Shown: positions 1 to 9,271, counted from the stretch's first letter. The stretch: 64,000 bases of DNA from a virus (IMGVR_UViG_3300033070_001497:1-64000), one strand, 5' to 3'. Numbers and translations: made by a program. The notes: generated by a model from the sequence alone, not told the origin.

Positions 1-120
1 CATAGTAGGGCCGTCATGCTCACGGAACCGAAGAAGCTCAGCAGGTATTTGGGCACCTTCTATAGCAAGCTCGAGAGGATTGGTCTTGACCTAGCGAAGG
101 ATGAAATCACCGAACGATGA
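1..120 (+). CDS. hypothetical protein (short, or 3' part of a gene entering the window)
   Basis: Frame is open from base 1, with ATG at 16. TGA 118-120 overlaps the next ATG (ATGA coupling). Confidence 0.45.
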   Translation, partial: HSRAVMLTEPKKLSRYLGTFYSKLERIGLDLAKDEITER

Positions 121-395
121 TGGAACACGAGGCTTATCTGGACGAAGAGAGGATCGAGGCTGAGGGCGGATCGATCTACGATAGCGCCGAACTGAGCACA
201 CATGGGCTGGAGCGTGTGAGCTACTGCGCTGGGTACTTGGACGGCTACTACTCGGCGTTCGAGGACGCGTGGCGCCACCATAAGCCATGGTACCTGAAGG
301 ACAGGTTCGGCTGGCCGATCGAGTTCATCGAAGGCCGCTCGAAGCTCTACCGCATCGCCAGGATTCTCTGGATCAACCTGAGCAAGTTCGTCTGA
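117..395 (+). CDS. hypothetical protein
   Basis: 92-aa ORF with codon usage like the rest of the window; coupled to the upstream ORF. Confidence 0.6.
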   Translation: MMEHEAYLDEERIEAEGGSIYDSAELSTHGLERVSYCAGYLDGYYSAFEDAWRHHKPWYLKDRFGWPIEFIEGRSKLYRIARILWINLSKFV

Positions 396-404
396 TAGGC
401 GATA

Positions 405-2084
405 TCAGTAGACAGCCAGTTTGGCCGTCTTGTTCCTGGAATTGAAATCCTTCTCGAGCTCAGCCTTCGTCGAAGAGTGGATCCATGTGTAGTTCTTGTT
501 GAACCACTCGGCCACCTTGGCCATGTACTCCTTTTGGGCGTCGTCCTTTGGCACACTCTCCTTGTCCCAAACTAGATCCCTGGGTAGGGTCATCGCGTAC
601 TTGAAATTCAGCGCATCGTTCTGGATCATCTGGAACATGCACAGCCCGCCGATCCTTGCGCTGTATGGCAGGTTGAGAGGGCCGATCTCTTTCACCATCC
701 TGTCTCTGATCGGATCGGATCCATAGGATTCGATGTTCCAGAAGAACTCGATGTCGACCGTCTTTGGATCAGCCATGGACACTGGCCAAACGTGCCTGTA
801 CCTGAACGAGAGGCCCTTGAGGCCAACGAGCAGCGAGAATAGGATCTTGCGCTGGTCCGAGTAATTCTTCCAGGAGGTGTAACCTGCGATCTTTGTCCGG
901 CAGTGGTCCTCGACCTCACCAACTGTCCAGTCCTTCATCGTCTTCCACTCGTACTTCAGGTTCCTAGGGACATCGATGTCCCAGTTATCGAAGAGCCTGA
1001 GCATCATCTCGTCGCGGCTCATGCCCCACGCGCCACCGTTGTGCGATGAGTTCTGGTCCATGAACCTGTCAGCTGAACTCTCACCGTGCTTCTTGTCTGG
1101 CTCAGGAGCGAATATCGCCTCGATTGTGTAGTCCTTGGCCGCTGGATCCACGATCAGCTCCTGTTGGTTCCAGAACGTGCCATTGATGTTCCTCAGGTCC
1201 GCGATCACGTACTGTGGGTCGACCTTCCACCTGAAGAGAACATGGAACCCTTCCTTCTCGTTCTTGATGAAGTCCTGTGCGACCATGAACTGCGCAGCGA
1301 CGTCCTTGGACGAGGACCATGAGGTAGCCTTGCCCTGTGAGGAACCTGGCATCGAGCCGACTTTCCATTTCTTCAGGAACTTCTCCCTGTCCTTCACCTT
1401 AGCTCCATCCACGAAGATGCCTCGGTAGACGTACTCTGGCAACTCGTTCACATCGACTGTCAACGATTTCAGGGCCGGCCAGATCTCCTTCGGAAGCTGT
1501 TTCCTGGAAGATGACGTGTACCGCTGGATCCATCCGATGGCCGCATCGTAGTCACGAGCGGTGAGTCCGCGCATCCTAGCTTCCTTCGCGATCCTGTTCT
1601 GGACCCAATTCTTGGACTCGTACTCGAGGCGCCTGAGGCGGTAGAGCCTGTCTCGTATGGTGTCCCAGTTCTTGGCTAGCCATGCCAGTGCCGGTTGATC
1701 AACATAATTGAACGCCTTGTTGGACTTGGCCTTGTCCCAAGGAAGCTTGTAGATCTCGAACGTTTCGAACCTGTACGAATAGCCGCTGATCAGGTAGTCC
1801 CATAGCACATTATAGGTGTCAACCTTGATCGACCTCATCTGCTCGGCCATGCCGTTAGACTCGAGCCACTTCTTCAGCTCCTCCCTGTACTCGTTCGCTT
1901 TCTCCTTGACAGGGTTCTGCCGCTCATACGTCCTCTCGAGCCATTCGCCGAACTCGTCAGACCTGGCTGGAAGGACCATGTCGCCGAACTTCTGGACCTT
2001 GTCTGGGTGCTCGCGGTAGTAGGCTGCTAGCCTGTTCTCCTCGTTGAGGATGAGGTGTTCCTCGTAGGTTGGAAGGTGGCGCAT
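405..2084 (-). CDS. putative virion-packaged mono-ADP-ribosyltransferase (R-S-E clade, Alt/VIP2-like)
   Basis: Motifs YVYRG, ATSWSSSKDVAAQF and NQQELIV. Start moved to ATG 2084 (MRHLPTYEEHLILNEE), just downstream of an AATAGATA box. Confidence 0.7.
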   Translation of the reverse strand: MRHLPTYEEHLILNEENRLAAYYREHPDKVQKFGDMVLPARSDEFGEWLERTYERQNPVKEKANEYREELKKWLESNGMAEQMRSIKVDTYNVLWDYLISGYSYRFETFEIYKLPWDKAKSNKAFNYVDQPALAWLAKNWDTIRDRLYRLRRLEYESKNWVQNRIAKEARMRGLTARDYDAAIGWIQRYTSSSRKQLPKEIWPALKSLTVDVNELPEYVYRGIFVDGAKVKDREKFLKKWKVGSMPGSSQGKATSWSSSKDVAAQFMVAQDFIKNEKEGFHVLFRWKVDPQYVIADLRNINGTFWNQQELIVDPAAKDYTIEAIFAPEPDKKHGESSADRFMDQNSSHNGGAWGMSRDEMMLRLFDNWDIDVPRNLKYEWKTMKDWTVGEVEDHCRTKIAGYTSWKNYSDQRKILFSLLVGLKGLSFRYRHVWPVSMADPKTVDIEFFWNIESYGSDPIRDRMVKEIGPLNLPYSARIGGLCMFQMIQNDALNFKYAMTLPRDLVWDKESVPKDDAQKEYMAKVAEWFNKNYTWIHSSTKAELEKDFNSRNKTAKLAVY

Positions 2085-2129
2085 CCCAGTATCTATTGGG
2101 ATTTGGTACTCCGCTTGGCCAGAAATTGT

Positions 2130-2137
2130 TACGTTTG
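2130..2137 (+). promoter_or_regulatory. Bacteroidota-type sigma70 -7 element (TACGTTTG)
   Basis: Matches TAnnTTTG. Also found at 3082, 9599, 14625, 22830, 23651 and 32876, always intergenic. Confidence 0.65.
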
Positions 2138-2160
2138 CCACGTCGATACATAGAAGTACC

Positions 2161-2586
2161 ATGCGGTAGATACACCACAAGCTGACATCGGTCTCACGGA
2201 GAGACCTCACCCCTGGGTACCAGGCGGTTCAATCGGCACATGCACTCATCGATTTCGGCTTCCAACACCCGGAAGCTTACACTGAGTGGCACCGATCCAA
2301 CTACATCGCGATGCTCTCAGTTGCCAATGAGTCAGAACTCCTGGCACTCTTGGATAAGGCCCAGGCGAGAGGCCTCCGGGCCACTGGCTTCCATGAGCCT
2401 GACCTGGACGGGCAACTCACAGCCATCTGCATAGAGCCTTGCGAAGCAACTTCGAAGCTCGTCTCGAATCTCCCACTGCTCCTTCGTGAGCCCAAACCGG
2501 TCCATTCGTCTAGCGGTAAGGCGGCGCTCTCTAAAAGCGAAAACACGGGTTCGAATCCCGTATGGGCCTCAGACTCAAACCCATGA
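2161..2586 (+). CDS. peptidyl-tRNA hydrolase, Pth2-like, with in-frame TAG at codon 3
   Basis: ATG CGG TAG ATA CAC CAC AAG CTG... reads MR*IHHKLTSVSRRDLTPGYQAVQSAHA...FHEPDLDGQLTAICIEP...LVSNLPLL, a Pth2 signature. The track ORF from 2311 lacks the RRDL..G..AVQSAHA segment. Confidence 0.8.
2499..2569 (+). tRNA. amber suppressor tRNA (anticodon CTA) on a Glu/Gln-like body
   Basis: Acceptor GGTCCAT/ATGGGCC, D-stem GTCT/AGGC, anticodon arm CGCT-CTCTAAA-AGCG (CTA at 2531-2533), T-arm ACGGG-TTCGAAT-CCCGT. Confidence 0.88.
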
Positions 2587-2590
2587 TGCC

Positions 2591-2617
2591 ATGACACACT
2601 AGATCCGTCCGCCATAA
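2591..2617 (+). promoter_or_regulatory. putative amber-interrupted uORF MTH*IRPP*
   Basis: ATG ACA CAC TAG ATC CGT CCG CCA TAA, in frame with the ATG at 2666. Confidence 0.45.
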
Positions 2618-2665
2618 AGGTTCGTTGCCTTTCGATCAACAATTCACCAAACAAACAACGAACCA

Positions 2666-3049
2666 ATGAACACTCAGAACATCCAACTGGAAATCGACCA
2701 GGCCAACATCGAATTGGCAATCGATAGGATCAACGAAATGGCGGCCAAGCGAGGCCTCGTCCTCACTGGAGTCCCAAATGCATCGATCCCAGAATTCCCA
2801 TCTAAGGCTCAGTCAAAGAAGTTCAGGCGAAGAATGTCTCGTGTGATCAAGCACGCGACAATGCGCACGAGCAACTGCTTCCTCAGGTATTTCGGGGATG
2901 CAAGGGTCGACCACTCGGACAAGGAGAAGGCGATCATGTCCGCCAGAAAGACTTTCCGTGAACAGCTCAAACTCGCGATGGAACTCCGATCGAAGTACCT
3001 CGAGGAGAAGAGCGACTTCTACCGTGGACAGATGTCCAAAAGTATTTGA
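2666..3049 (+). CDS. hypothetical basic protein
   Basis: 127-aa ORF with an A-rich leader. Confidence 0.7.
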   Translation: MNTQNIQLEIDQANIELAIDRINEMAAKRGLVLTGVPNASIPEFPSKAQSKKFRRRMSRVIKHATMRTSNCFLRYFGDARVDHSDKEKAIMSARKTFREQLKLAMELRSKYLEEKSDFYRGQMSKSI

Positions 3050-3256
3050 GCCGTCAGGTCGCCCAGTTAACCGCAAAAGGGTACGTTTGCGCACATCGAT
3101 GGCCACAACACCGCCATCGATTGACGGGAACATCGGACCCCTATAAACAGAAAGCGGCTTAAATGTGCCATGCAATTAGAACACAGATGGAGAAGAAACG
3201 AAGTCGGGCCCGAGAGGCTGGCCACCGATGCGCTTCGTGGATGCTCCATCTGGCTC

Positions 3257-3330
3257 GGTCCCGTGGCGCAACTGGATAGCGCAGTGCCGTCCTAAGGCAA
3301 TGGTTGCAGGTTCGACTCCTGCCGGGATCA
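3257..3330 (+). tRNA. tRNA-Arg(CCT)
   Basis: Cloverleaf GGTCCCG...CGGGATC-A, anticodon loop GTCCTAA, T-loop TTCGACT. Confidence 0.88.
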
Positions 3331-3359
3331 CGAAACTCATGCTCTATCCGATAGAAACC

Positions 3360-3758
3360 ATGTCCATTCAAAGGCGAATTTCCTCTGCACACGTCGAGGC
3401 GATAAAGGCGAAGGACCAGATCGCGAAGACGATCCTCTCGGTTGTCAAGGGCGAGTTCCAGAACGCCTCGAAGGCGTTCGTAGCCGACGAGCTCCCAGAC
3501 GATGAGGCCACCAAGATCCTTACGAAGATCGCGAAGTCGCTGCGAGAGACGATCTCCCTGAGCGGCGACGAAGAGAGCAAGGCACAGCTCCTGATAGTGG
3601 AGGCCTACCTGCCCAAACAGATTGGCCGAGCCGAGATCGAGGAGAGGATCGGGTCCATGAGAGCACTTGGCCCGCTCACCATCGGCGATGCGATGAAGGC
3701 TTTCGCTGGACAGAACGTCGACCGAAAGCTCGTCCAGGAGGTCTACAACGCCGGCTGA
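3360..3758 (+). CDS. GatB/YqeY domain protein
   Basis: AIKAKD...ILSVVKGE...DDEA.KIL...IVEAYLPKQ. Start moved downstream of the tRNA. Confidence 0.8.
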   Translation: MSIQRRISSAHVEAIKAKDQIAKTILSVVKGEFQNASKAFVADELPDDEATKILTKIAKSLRETISLSGDEESKAQLLIVEAYLPKQIGRAEIEERIGSMRALGPLTIGDAMKAFAGQNVDRKLVQEVYNAG

Positions 3759-3761
3759 GAC

Positions 3762-4271
3762 ATGGAACAGCACACCGAACACAAGCCCGACGAGGTCTCC
3801 AGGGCCCAACACAAGGTCGAGACGATGCTCTCTTCCTCGAAGTGGCTGCTCGTGATCTTCTCTGCCGGGCTGATAGTCGCTCTGGTCGTCTATGCGATCT
3901 TCTTCTGTGGCAAGACGATGGAGCTCGTCTCGTTCGTCAACCCATGGTCGGAGCACACCGAGCACGGAGAGGAGGACCTGTTGCTCGGAGTTCTGAGCCT
4001 GGTAGACATCGCGATGATCGCGTTCCTCATCTACATGATCATCACTGGCCTCTTCGTCGGCAAGGCGAGCGGCAACTCCGGAGCCCTCAAGGTGAAGATG
4101 GCGATGTCGCTCGTCGGCGTATCATCGATCCACCTTCTCAAGACCTTCATAGACGCAAACAACAGCAGTTGGGACCTGATCTGGAAGCAGGGCGCCATCC
4201 ACGGCATGTTCGTGGTAGGCGTCATCGTCATGGCTCTCACTGACAAGATCATGCACTCGAACAAACACTGA
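3762..4271 (+). CDS. YqhA/UPF0114 family membrane protein
   Basis: LGVLSLVDIAMIA...LKVKMAMSLVGVSSIHLLKTF and several hydrophobic helices. Confidence 0.75.
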   Translation: MEQHTEHKPDEVSRAQHKVETMLSSSKWLLVIFSAGLIVALVVYAIFFCGKTMELVSFVNPWSEHTEHGEEDLLLGVLSLVDIAMIAFLIYMIITGLFVGKASGNSGALKVKMAMSLVGVSSIHLLKTFIDANNSSWDLIWKQGAIHGMFVVGVIVMALTDKIMHSNKH

Positions 4272-4272
4272 C

Positions 4273-6333
4273 ATGGAAGACACACTGGTGAAAGTCCGGA
4301 GATTCTCTAACCTGAACGAGCTCAGGCTCTCCGATCTACCCGCGTACAGATACGTGCTGATCAATCCATCGGAATCGCCGACGTGCATCTACAAGGCCAT
4401 ACCTGGCATCGAGAAGGTCGCCCGGTTCGTGGCCAGGATCAACAACTGGAACAGGACTCCGTCTCTTGACATCGACCTCTGGTTGCTGGACGATGATGGG
4501 ATGATCAGGTCAGCGACCGGCGGGCCCATCGAGCTCGATCTCCCGAAATTCACGATGCTCTTCGATCCGAGGGACAAACGCACGAGCAGCCATGTGATCA
4601 GGATAGTCGAAGGCTCGACCGACTTCGACGTTGATCTGTTAGGCAGCTTCATCGAGAAGATGCCGATCAAGGAGACCGCATTCGGCGATTTCTACGTCGA
4701 TGTCTTCGGTTGGAGGATCGATGTGCCCAAGTTCCTTGCCAGCGGTAAGCTGGTCGATTCGTTGCGCTCGTTCTTTGAGATCAGCGGCAAGTGGCAGGAC
4801 CAAGAGCAGATCAGTCGGTACCTCGGTCCGATCCTGATGCCACCGATCAAACCGGATCCGAAGGCTGGGATCACGAAGGCCCTGCTTGCGCTCGAGAAGT
4901 TCTACCAGGCCGAGAAGAGTTCAAGCTCCAAGATCGCTTACAGGGTACTCGTGGATGCCGCGAAGAGGACCATCGGTGGGCTGAAGATCTCGGTCTGCTT
5001 CAATTCGATCTTCTCCCAGGTCACAACACAGGAGCAGTTCAGCGAGAAATGCTCGGAGCTGTCAAAGCTCCTGTTCATGGGTGGCCGGCAGTACTACTGG
5101 ACCGCGGATCAATTCCTGACCAGGGTGGTCGATTCCGATTCGCTCAAGGACGTCAAGAAGTCCGCCATCAAACGCAGGCAGACCGGAGCCTTCAACAAGA
5201 TCATGGCCGACCTCGACTTCATCGAGATCGACAGGGACAAATACCCAAAGACACACGAGGCCGTCTACAACGGCGACATCCCAGTCGGCACCTTCTTCAG
5301 GAAGACCGGCGAGACATACTTCGCCTACAACGACAGCTGGGACCTCTGGGAGGAGATGCTCACGTACCACCATGACATCGCCATCCAGATCGCCAAGGAG
5401 GCCTCATCAAGGAGCACGTACGAGAAGGACCTCCTGTCCTACTTCCAGTTCACCCTCCACACGCTGCCGGAGTACCTTGCCAAGCACACTGGCAAGCCTT
5501 GGACTGGGATACCGAAGGTGGTGAAGAGCGCGAACGAACTTGAGCCGCCAAGTGAGGATCGGCCCGGCACTACCAAGACACGCAGCGCGCTGACTCCGAT
5601 AGTCGACAACGAGAACAACACCGTCACCGTCCCTTACGTGACCATGTCGGTCTACGGCAGGAACACGACCTACTGTTATGGTCTGGACTTCAACGTCCTG
5701 AGGCGAGGCTTCTCTTTCGAAGGAAGCGCAGTGACAAAGGACGTCGAGGAGAAGCTCAACGGCCGTGACGATTATGGCCTCATGTTCTACACGCTGACCG
5801 GATCTGACAGCAACACCGGTTACCCGACCTTCCTCATCATCTTCGAGAGGCTCCATGACTCAACTCGCGTCCACTTCCACAGGACCCACTCGATGAGGTC
5901 CAAACAGGGCGAGAACAACCCAGTCCACAACTGGACCAGGTCAGGGTACAAATGGATGGTCGGCAACGTGGCCTTTGACCGGATCAAGGCCCAACAAGGA
6001 GACCTCGCTTTCGTGGAAATCGACAAAGTGCCAGATCCCGATCCGGACAGGAAGACAGTCGCGTTCGATCCCAACGACGAGAACTACATCGATCCGCGAC
6101 CGCGGTACGTCAACAGCTACGACAGCCACACCTTCGGTGAGAAGGTGCTCTTCTTCCCGTACCTCAAGAAGGACAAACAGAATGTGCTCGGATACGTTAC
6201 GCTGCCGCATGCTGTAGGGCTCACACACAAGGAGCACATGGCCCGCGCCATACCTGCAGGAACGTATGAGATCAGGCAGTGCAAGTCATGGGAAGCCAAC
6301 CCACGAGGCATCTGGAGCTACAGGATCGACTGA
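4273..6333 (+). CDS. large hypothetical protein with a C-terminal QQGD...H..H...IPAGTYEIR (cupin-like) domain
   Basis: 686-aa ORF; C-terminal motif of a small, widespread phage domain. Confidence 0.7.
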   Translation: MEDTLVKVRRFSNLNELRLSDLPAYRYVLINPSESPTCIYKAIPGIEKVARFVARINNWNRTPSLDIDLWLLDDDGMIRSATGGPIELDLPKFTMLFDPRDKRTSSHVIRIVEGSTDFDVDLLGSFIEKMPIKETAFGDFYVDVFGWRIDVPKFLASGKLVDSLRSFFEISGKWQDQEQISRYLGPILMPPIKPDPKAGITKALLALEKFYQAEKSSSSKIAYRVLVDAAKRTIGGLKISVCFNSIFSQVTTQEQFSEKCSELSKLLFMGGRQYYWTADQFLTRVVDSDSLKDVKKSAIKRRQTGAFNKIMADLDFIEIDRDKYPKTHEAVYNGDIPVGTFFRKTGETYFAYNDSWDLWEEMLTYHHDIAIQIAKEASSRSTYEKDLLSYFQFTLHTLPEYLAKHTGKPWTGIPKVVKSANELEPPSEDRPGTTKTRSALTPIVDNENNTVTVPYVTMSVYGRNTTYCYGLDFNVLRRGFSFEGSAVTKDVEEKLNGRDDYGLMFYTLTGSDSNTGYPTFLIIFERLHDSTRVHFHRTHSMRSKQGENNPVHNWTRSGYKWMVGNVAFDRIKAQQGDLAFVEIDKVPDPDPDRKTVAFDPNDENYIDPRPRYVNSYDSHTFGEKVLFFPYLKKDKQNVLGYVTLPHAVGLTHKEHMARAIPAGTYEIRQCKSWEANPRGIWSYRID

Positions 6334-6381
6334 TCCAGCGACATAAGATCAACCCAAACACTCAACCCAAAACGACCAAAC

Positions 6382-6858
6382 ATGCGTAGACTCCTCATGC
6401 CCTTTGCGATCATCGCGGCGATGCTGATCGCGTCGTGTGCTAGCCCACACCGGCACTCACGGTCAACTATTGTGCATTGTTACCACAGCGACGCCGATTT
6501 CCTGTGGTGGTACATGATCAACACCAACAACGGGTGCTACTACTACAGTTCCGCATCCCCAGTGACCAATTTCAACCAGACGATCAACTGGACCTATTCG
6601 GCCACGCCACCATCCCAGGTCGCTGGATTGCAGGAGCAACCGACGATGGAAGCTGACATGGCCACACTTGAGCCCGAAGTTGCACAAGACGTGGATGTCG
6701 AGTCAGTAGAGATGGCGTCTGAGCTCGAGCCGGAAGTGGATTTCGACGCCGATGGTGAAGCTGACGCCAGCGATGGCAGCTCGGATGGTGGTAGCTCTGA
6801 CGGTGGAGGCGGAGGTGATGGAGGCGGTGGCGGAGATGGCGGTGGCGGAGGCGACTAG
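6382..6858 (+). CDS. putative lipoprotein with acidic Gly-rich tail
   Basis: Signal peptide ending LIASC; C-terminal GGGGD repeats. Confidence 0.7.
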   Translation: MRRLLMPFAIIAAMLIASCASPHRHSRSTIVHCYHSDADFLWWYMINTNNGCYYYSSASPVTNFNQTINWTYSATPPSQVAGLQEQPTMEADMATLEPEVAQDVDVESVEMASELEPEVDFDADGEADASDGSSDGGSSDGGGGGDGGGGGDGGGGGD

Positions 6859-6894
6859 GCATTTGAACGAACAACCCAAACACAACAACACGAC

Positions 6895-7260
6895 ATGGAA
6901 AACGTAACAACAGACACCGCTCCTTCGCTGGATATGCCGGGAGCATTCGCGGAGACGCTCCGCAGGAGCAACCGTAAGATCCGTGATGACAGGGCCCAAG
7001 CCATCGTCGAGACAACGGAGCTCATCTACAAGCGGACCGTCGAGGACATCGAGACCGAGATCAAGCAGCTCAAGCGGAGGCGCGAGAACAAGCTCGACCT
7101 GAGCCCGACAACGGCCGACTCGCTGACGCTCGCCGACAATTTCGACGCGGCGGGCTTCGTGTCCGAGGACATCAAGATCGGCCTTTCGCTCCGCGAGCTG
7201 GAGATCAAGCTTCAAGTGGCCACTGAGCGCTACAACAAGCTCTTCAAAGCCAGCGTCTGA
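6895..7260 (+). CDS. coiled-coil hypothetical protein
   Basis: 121-aa ORF coupled to the vWA gene. Confidence 0.75.
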   Translation: MENVTTDTAPSLDMPGAFAETLRRSNRKIRDDRAQAIVETTELIYKRTVEDIETEIKQLKRRRENKLDLSPTTADSLTLADNFDAAGFVSEDIKIGLSLRELEIKLQVATERYNKLFKASV

Positions 7261-8174
7261 TGGGCAACGCCAGCTATTCCTTCAGTTCTCGCTCGCTAAG
7301 GGCGAGCACTGAGGGATACCATACGAAGTCGATGGATGCGACTTTCGTCCAACAGAAGGAACGGAAGATCCACCCAGAGATGCTGCCATCGAAGGCCCTG
7401 CTCCGTGAGTGCAGGGACTCCGAAACCCATCCTAAGGCGATCCCTGTGGAGCTCTGGCTCGATCTGACCGGGAGCATGCATGAGATCCCGATGCTCCTCA
7501 TCAAGGATGGCATGCCGACGATCGTGAGCAAGCTCCAACAGAACGGACTCGAGGACGGCGCTTTCCTCTTCGGAGGAGTCGGTGACCACGTCTACGACAA
7601 GGCTCCGTTGCAAGTCGGCCAATTCGAGTCCGGCGACGCTGAGCTTGACATGTGGCTGACGCGAACGTTCATCGAACGTGGCGGCGGCGGAAACAACGGC
7701 GAAAGCTACCTGCTAGCATGGTACTTCGGCGCCTACCACGTCAAGTCCGACGCCATGGAGAAGCGCAACCGTAAGGGCTATCGGTTCACCATCGGCGATG
7801 AGCCGTGTTTGGAATCGATCCCTCTGTCAGCCCTGAACGAGATCATGGGCGGTAAGGCGATCGGCCAGGGCCAGTACACCCGAGGGCAATTGCTCAAGGC
7901 CTCGATGGAGAACGCCTACACGTACCACATCCACGTGAAGCACAACGCTGGAGTGAGCTCCAAGGTCGACGGCTGGTGGGCCGAGGCGTTCGGCCAGAAC
8001 TTGATCGTCGTCGACGACTACACGACGATCCCACAGGTGATCTCTGACACGATCATCGCGAACGAACAGCGGATCTCCGATTCCGTGAGCGACGATCGGG
8101 ATTCGGCCCTAGGGACGGCGACCCGAGACGGCAAGAGCGGCGTTGATCTCAGTGACATCAAAGTCACGCTCTGA
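7260..8174 (+). CDS. vWA-domain protein
   Basis: MIDAS-like LDLTGSM, GGGGNNGESY, FTIGDEP. Confidence 0.8.
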   Translation: MGNASYSFSSRSLRASTEGYHTKSMDATFVQQKERKIHPEMLPSKALLRECRDSETHPKAIPVELWLDLTGSMHEIPMLLIKDGMPTIVSKLQQNGLEDGAFLFGGVGDHVYDKAPLQVGQFESGDAELDMWLTRTFIERGGGGNNGESYLLAWYFGAYHVKSDAMEKRNRKGYRFTIGDEPCLESIPLSALNEIMGGKAIGQGQYTRGQLLKASMENAYTYHIHVKHNAGVSSKVDGWWAEAFGQNLIVVDDYTTIPQVISDTIIANEQRISDSVSDDRDSALGTATRDGKSGVDLSDIKVTL

Positions 8175-9271
8175 TGAAAGTGGTGGTTGGGACTGGCTTC
8201 GGGGATGAGGGAAAAGGCCTCACGACCGATTTCCTCTGCTCCGAAGCCCTGTCCCAAGGCCTCAAGCCCGTGGTTTTCAGGTTCAACGGTGGCCATCAGG
8301 CTGGACACACTGTCCAGCTCGATGGCCGTCGGCACGTGTTCTCTAACTTCGGCTCCGGCACGCTTCGAAAGGTGCCGACGGTGTGGGGCCAGCATTGCAC
8401 GTTCTATCCAACTTCCTTCCTCGAGGAGCTCGAGCTGCTCAGGGATCTCGAGCCAGATTTCTACGCCCATCCAGTGTGCCCTCTCGTCACGCCATTGGAC
8501 GTGATGGCAGGGCAGAACCGCGAGAGGAAGCTCAACCACGGCTCTGTCGGCGTTGGGTTCGGAGCGACGCTCCAGAGGAACGAGGACCACTGCAACGTCT
8601 TTGTGCAGGACATCTTCTATCCGGCCATCCTCAGGATCAAGCTTGAGCTCGTCTGCAAGTACTACGAGCTCCAATGGAGCGAGGAGATGGAGATGTTCTT
8701 CAACGACTGCATGGCGTGTCGCGAACACATCAAGCTCGCACAGGAACTCAGGATCGGCAGCGATTTTGCGCCGGTGTTCGAGGGAGCGCAAGGCCTCATG
8801 CTCGATCAGAAGTTCGGATTCTTTCCTCATGTGACAAGGTCCAACTGTGGATCCAGGAATGCGTTCATCATGAGCAGGCTGGCGAATGGCCGGGACCCGA
8901 AGCTCAACGAGGTCTGGTACGTCACGCGCACCTACTCGACCAGGCACGGCAATGGCCCTCTCCCAGGCGAGGGCGAGCGCATCAAGATCACGAACAACGA
9001 GAACGAGTCCAACGTCGAGAACGAGTTCCAACGGAACTTCAGGGTCGCACCGCTGAGTGCAGATGTGCTCAACTACGCTATCCATTCCGATGCGTTGTAC
9101 GTACCAAGCAATTTCAAGCGTTGCCTCATGGTGACTTGCAACGACCAACATCCGATCGACATCGGCCAACTGCTAGACTCCTTCAGCTTCAAGTTCGAGA
9201 GGGTCTGTCTTTCGTTCGGCCCTTCGGCAGTCGATGTAAAACAGTACACAGCCCTAAAGCTTCCAGCATGA
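8174..9271 (+). CDS. purA: adenylosuccinate synthetase-like protein
   Basis: GFGDEGKG, RFNGGHQAGHTV, FEGAQGLMLD, FPHVTRS, TRHGNGP. Confidence 0.8.
   Translation: MKVVVGTGFGDEGKGLTTDFLCSEALSQGLKPVVFRFNGGHQAGHTVQLDGRRHVFSNFGSGTLRKVPTVWGQHCTFYPTSFLEELELLRDLEPDFYAHPVCPLVTPLDVMAGQNRERKLNHGSVGVGFGATLQRNEDHCNVFVQDIFYPAILRIKLELVCKYYELQWSEEMEMFFNDCMACREHIKLAQELRIGSDFAPVFEGAQGLMLDQKFGFFPHVTRSNCGSRNAFIMSRLANGRDPKLNEVWYVTRTYSTRHGNGPLPGEGERIKITNNENESNVENEFQRNFRVAPLSADVLNYAIHSDALYVPSNFKRCLMVTCNDQHPIDIGQLLDSFSFKFERVCLSFGPSAVDVKQYTALKLPA

Noticed and set aside
2570-2660. Theta/HDV-like ribozyme after the suppressor tRNA
   Set aside because: I could not build the nested double pseudoknot by eye. A descriptor search would settle it.
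3228-3359. N-terminal extension of the YqeY ORF
   Set aside because: It runs through tRNA-Arg; YqeY similarity starts at ATG 3360.
8174-9271. PurZ (2-aminoadenine DNA pathway)
   Set aside because: The motif is GDEGKG with the PurA Asp, not the PurZ Ser, and the modification cluster points to cytosine.
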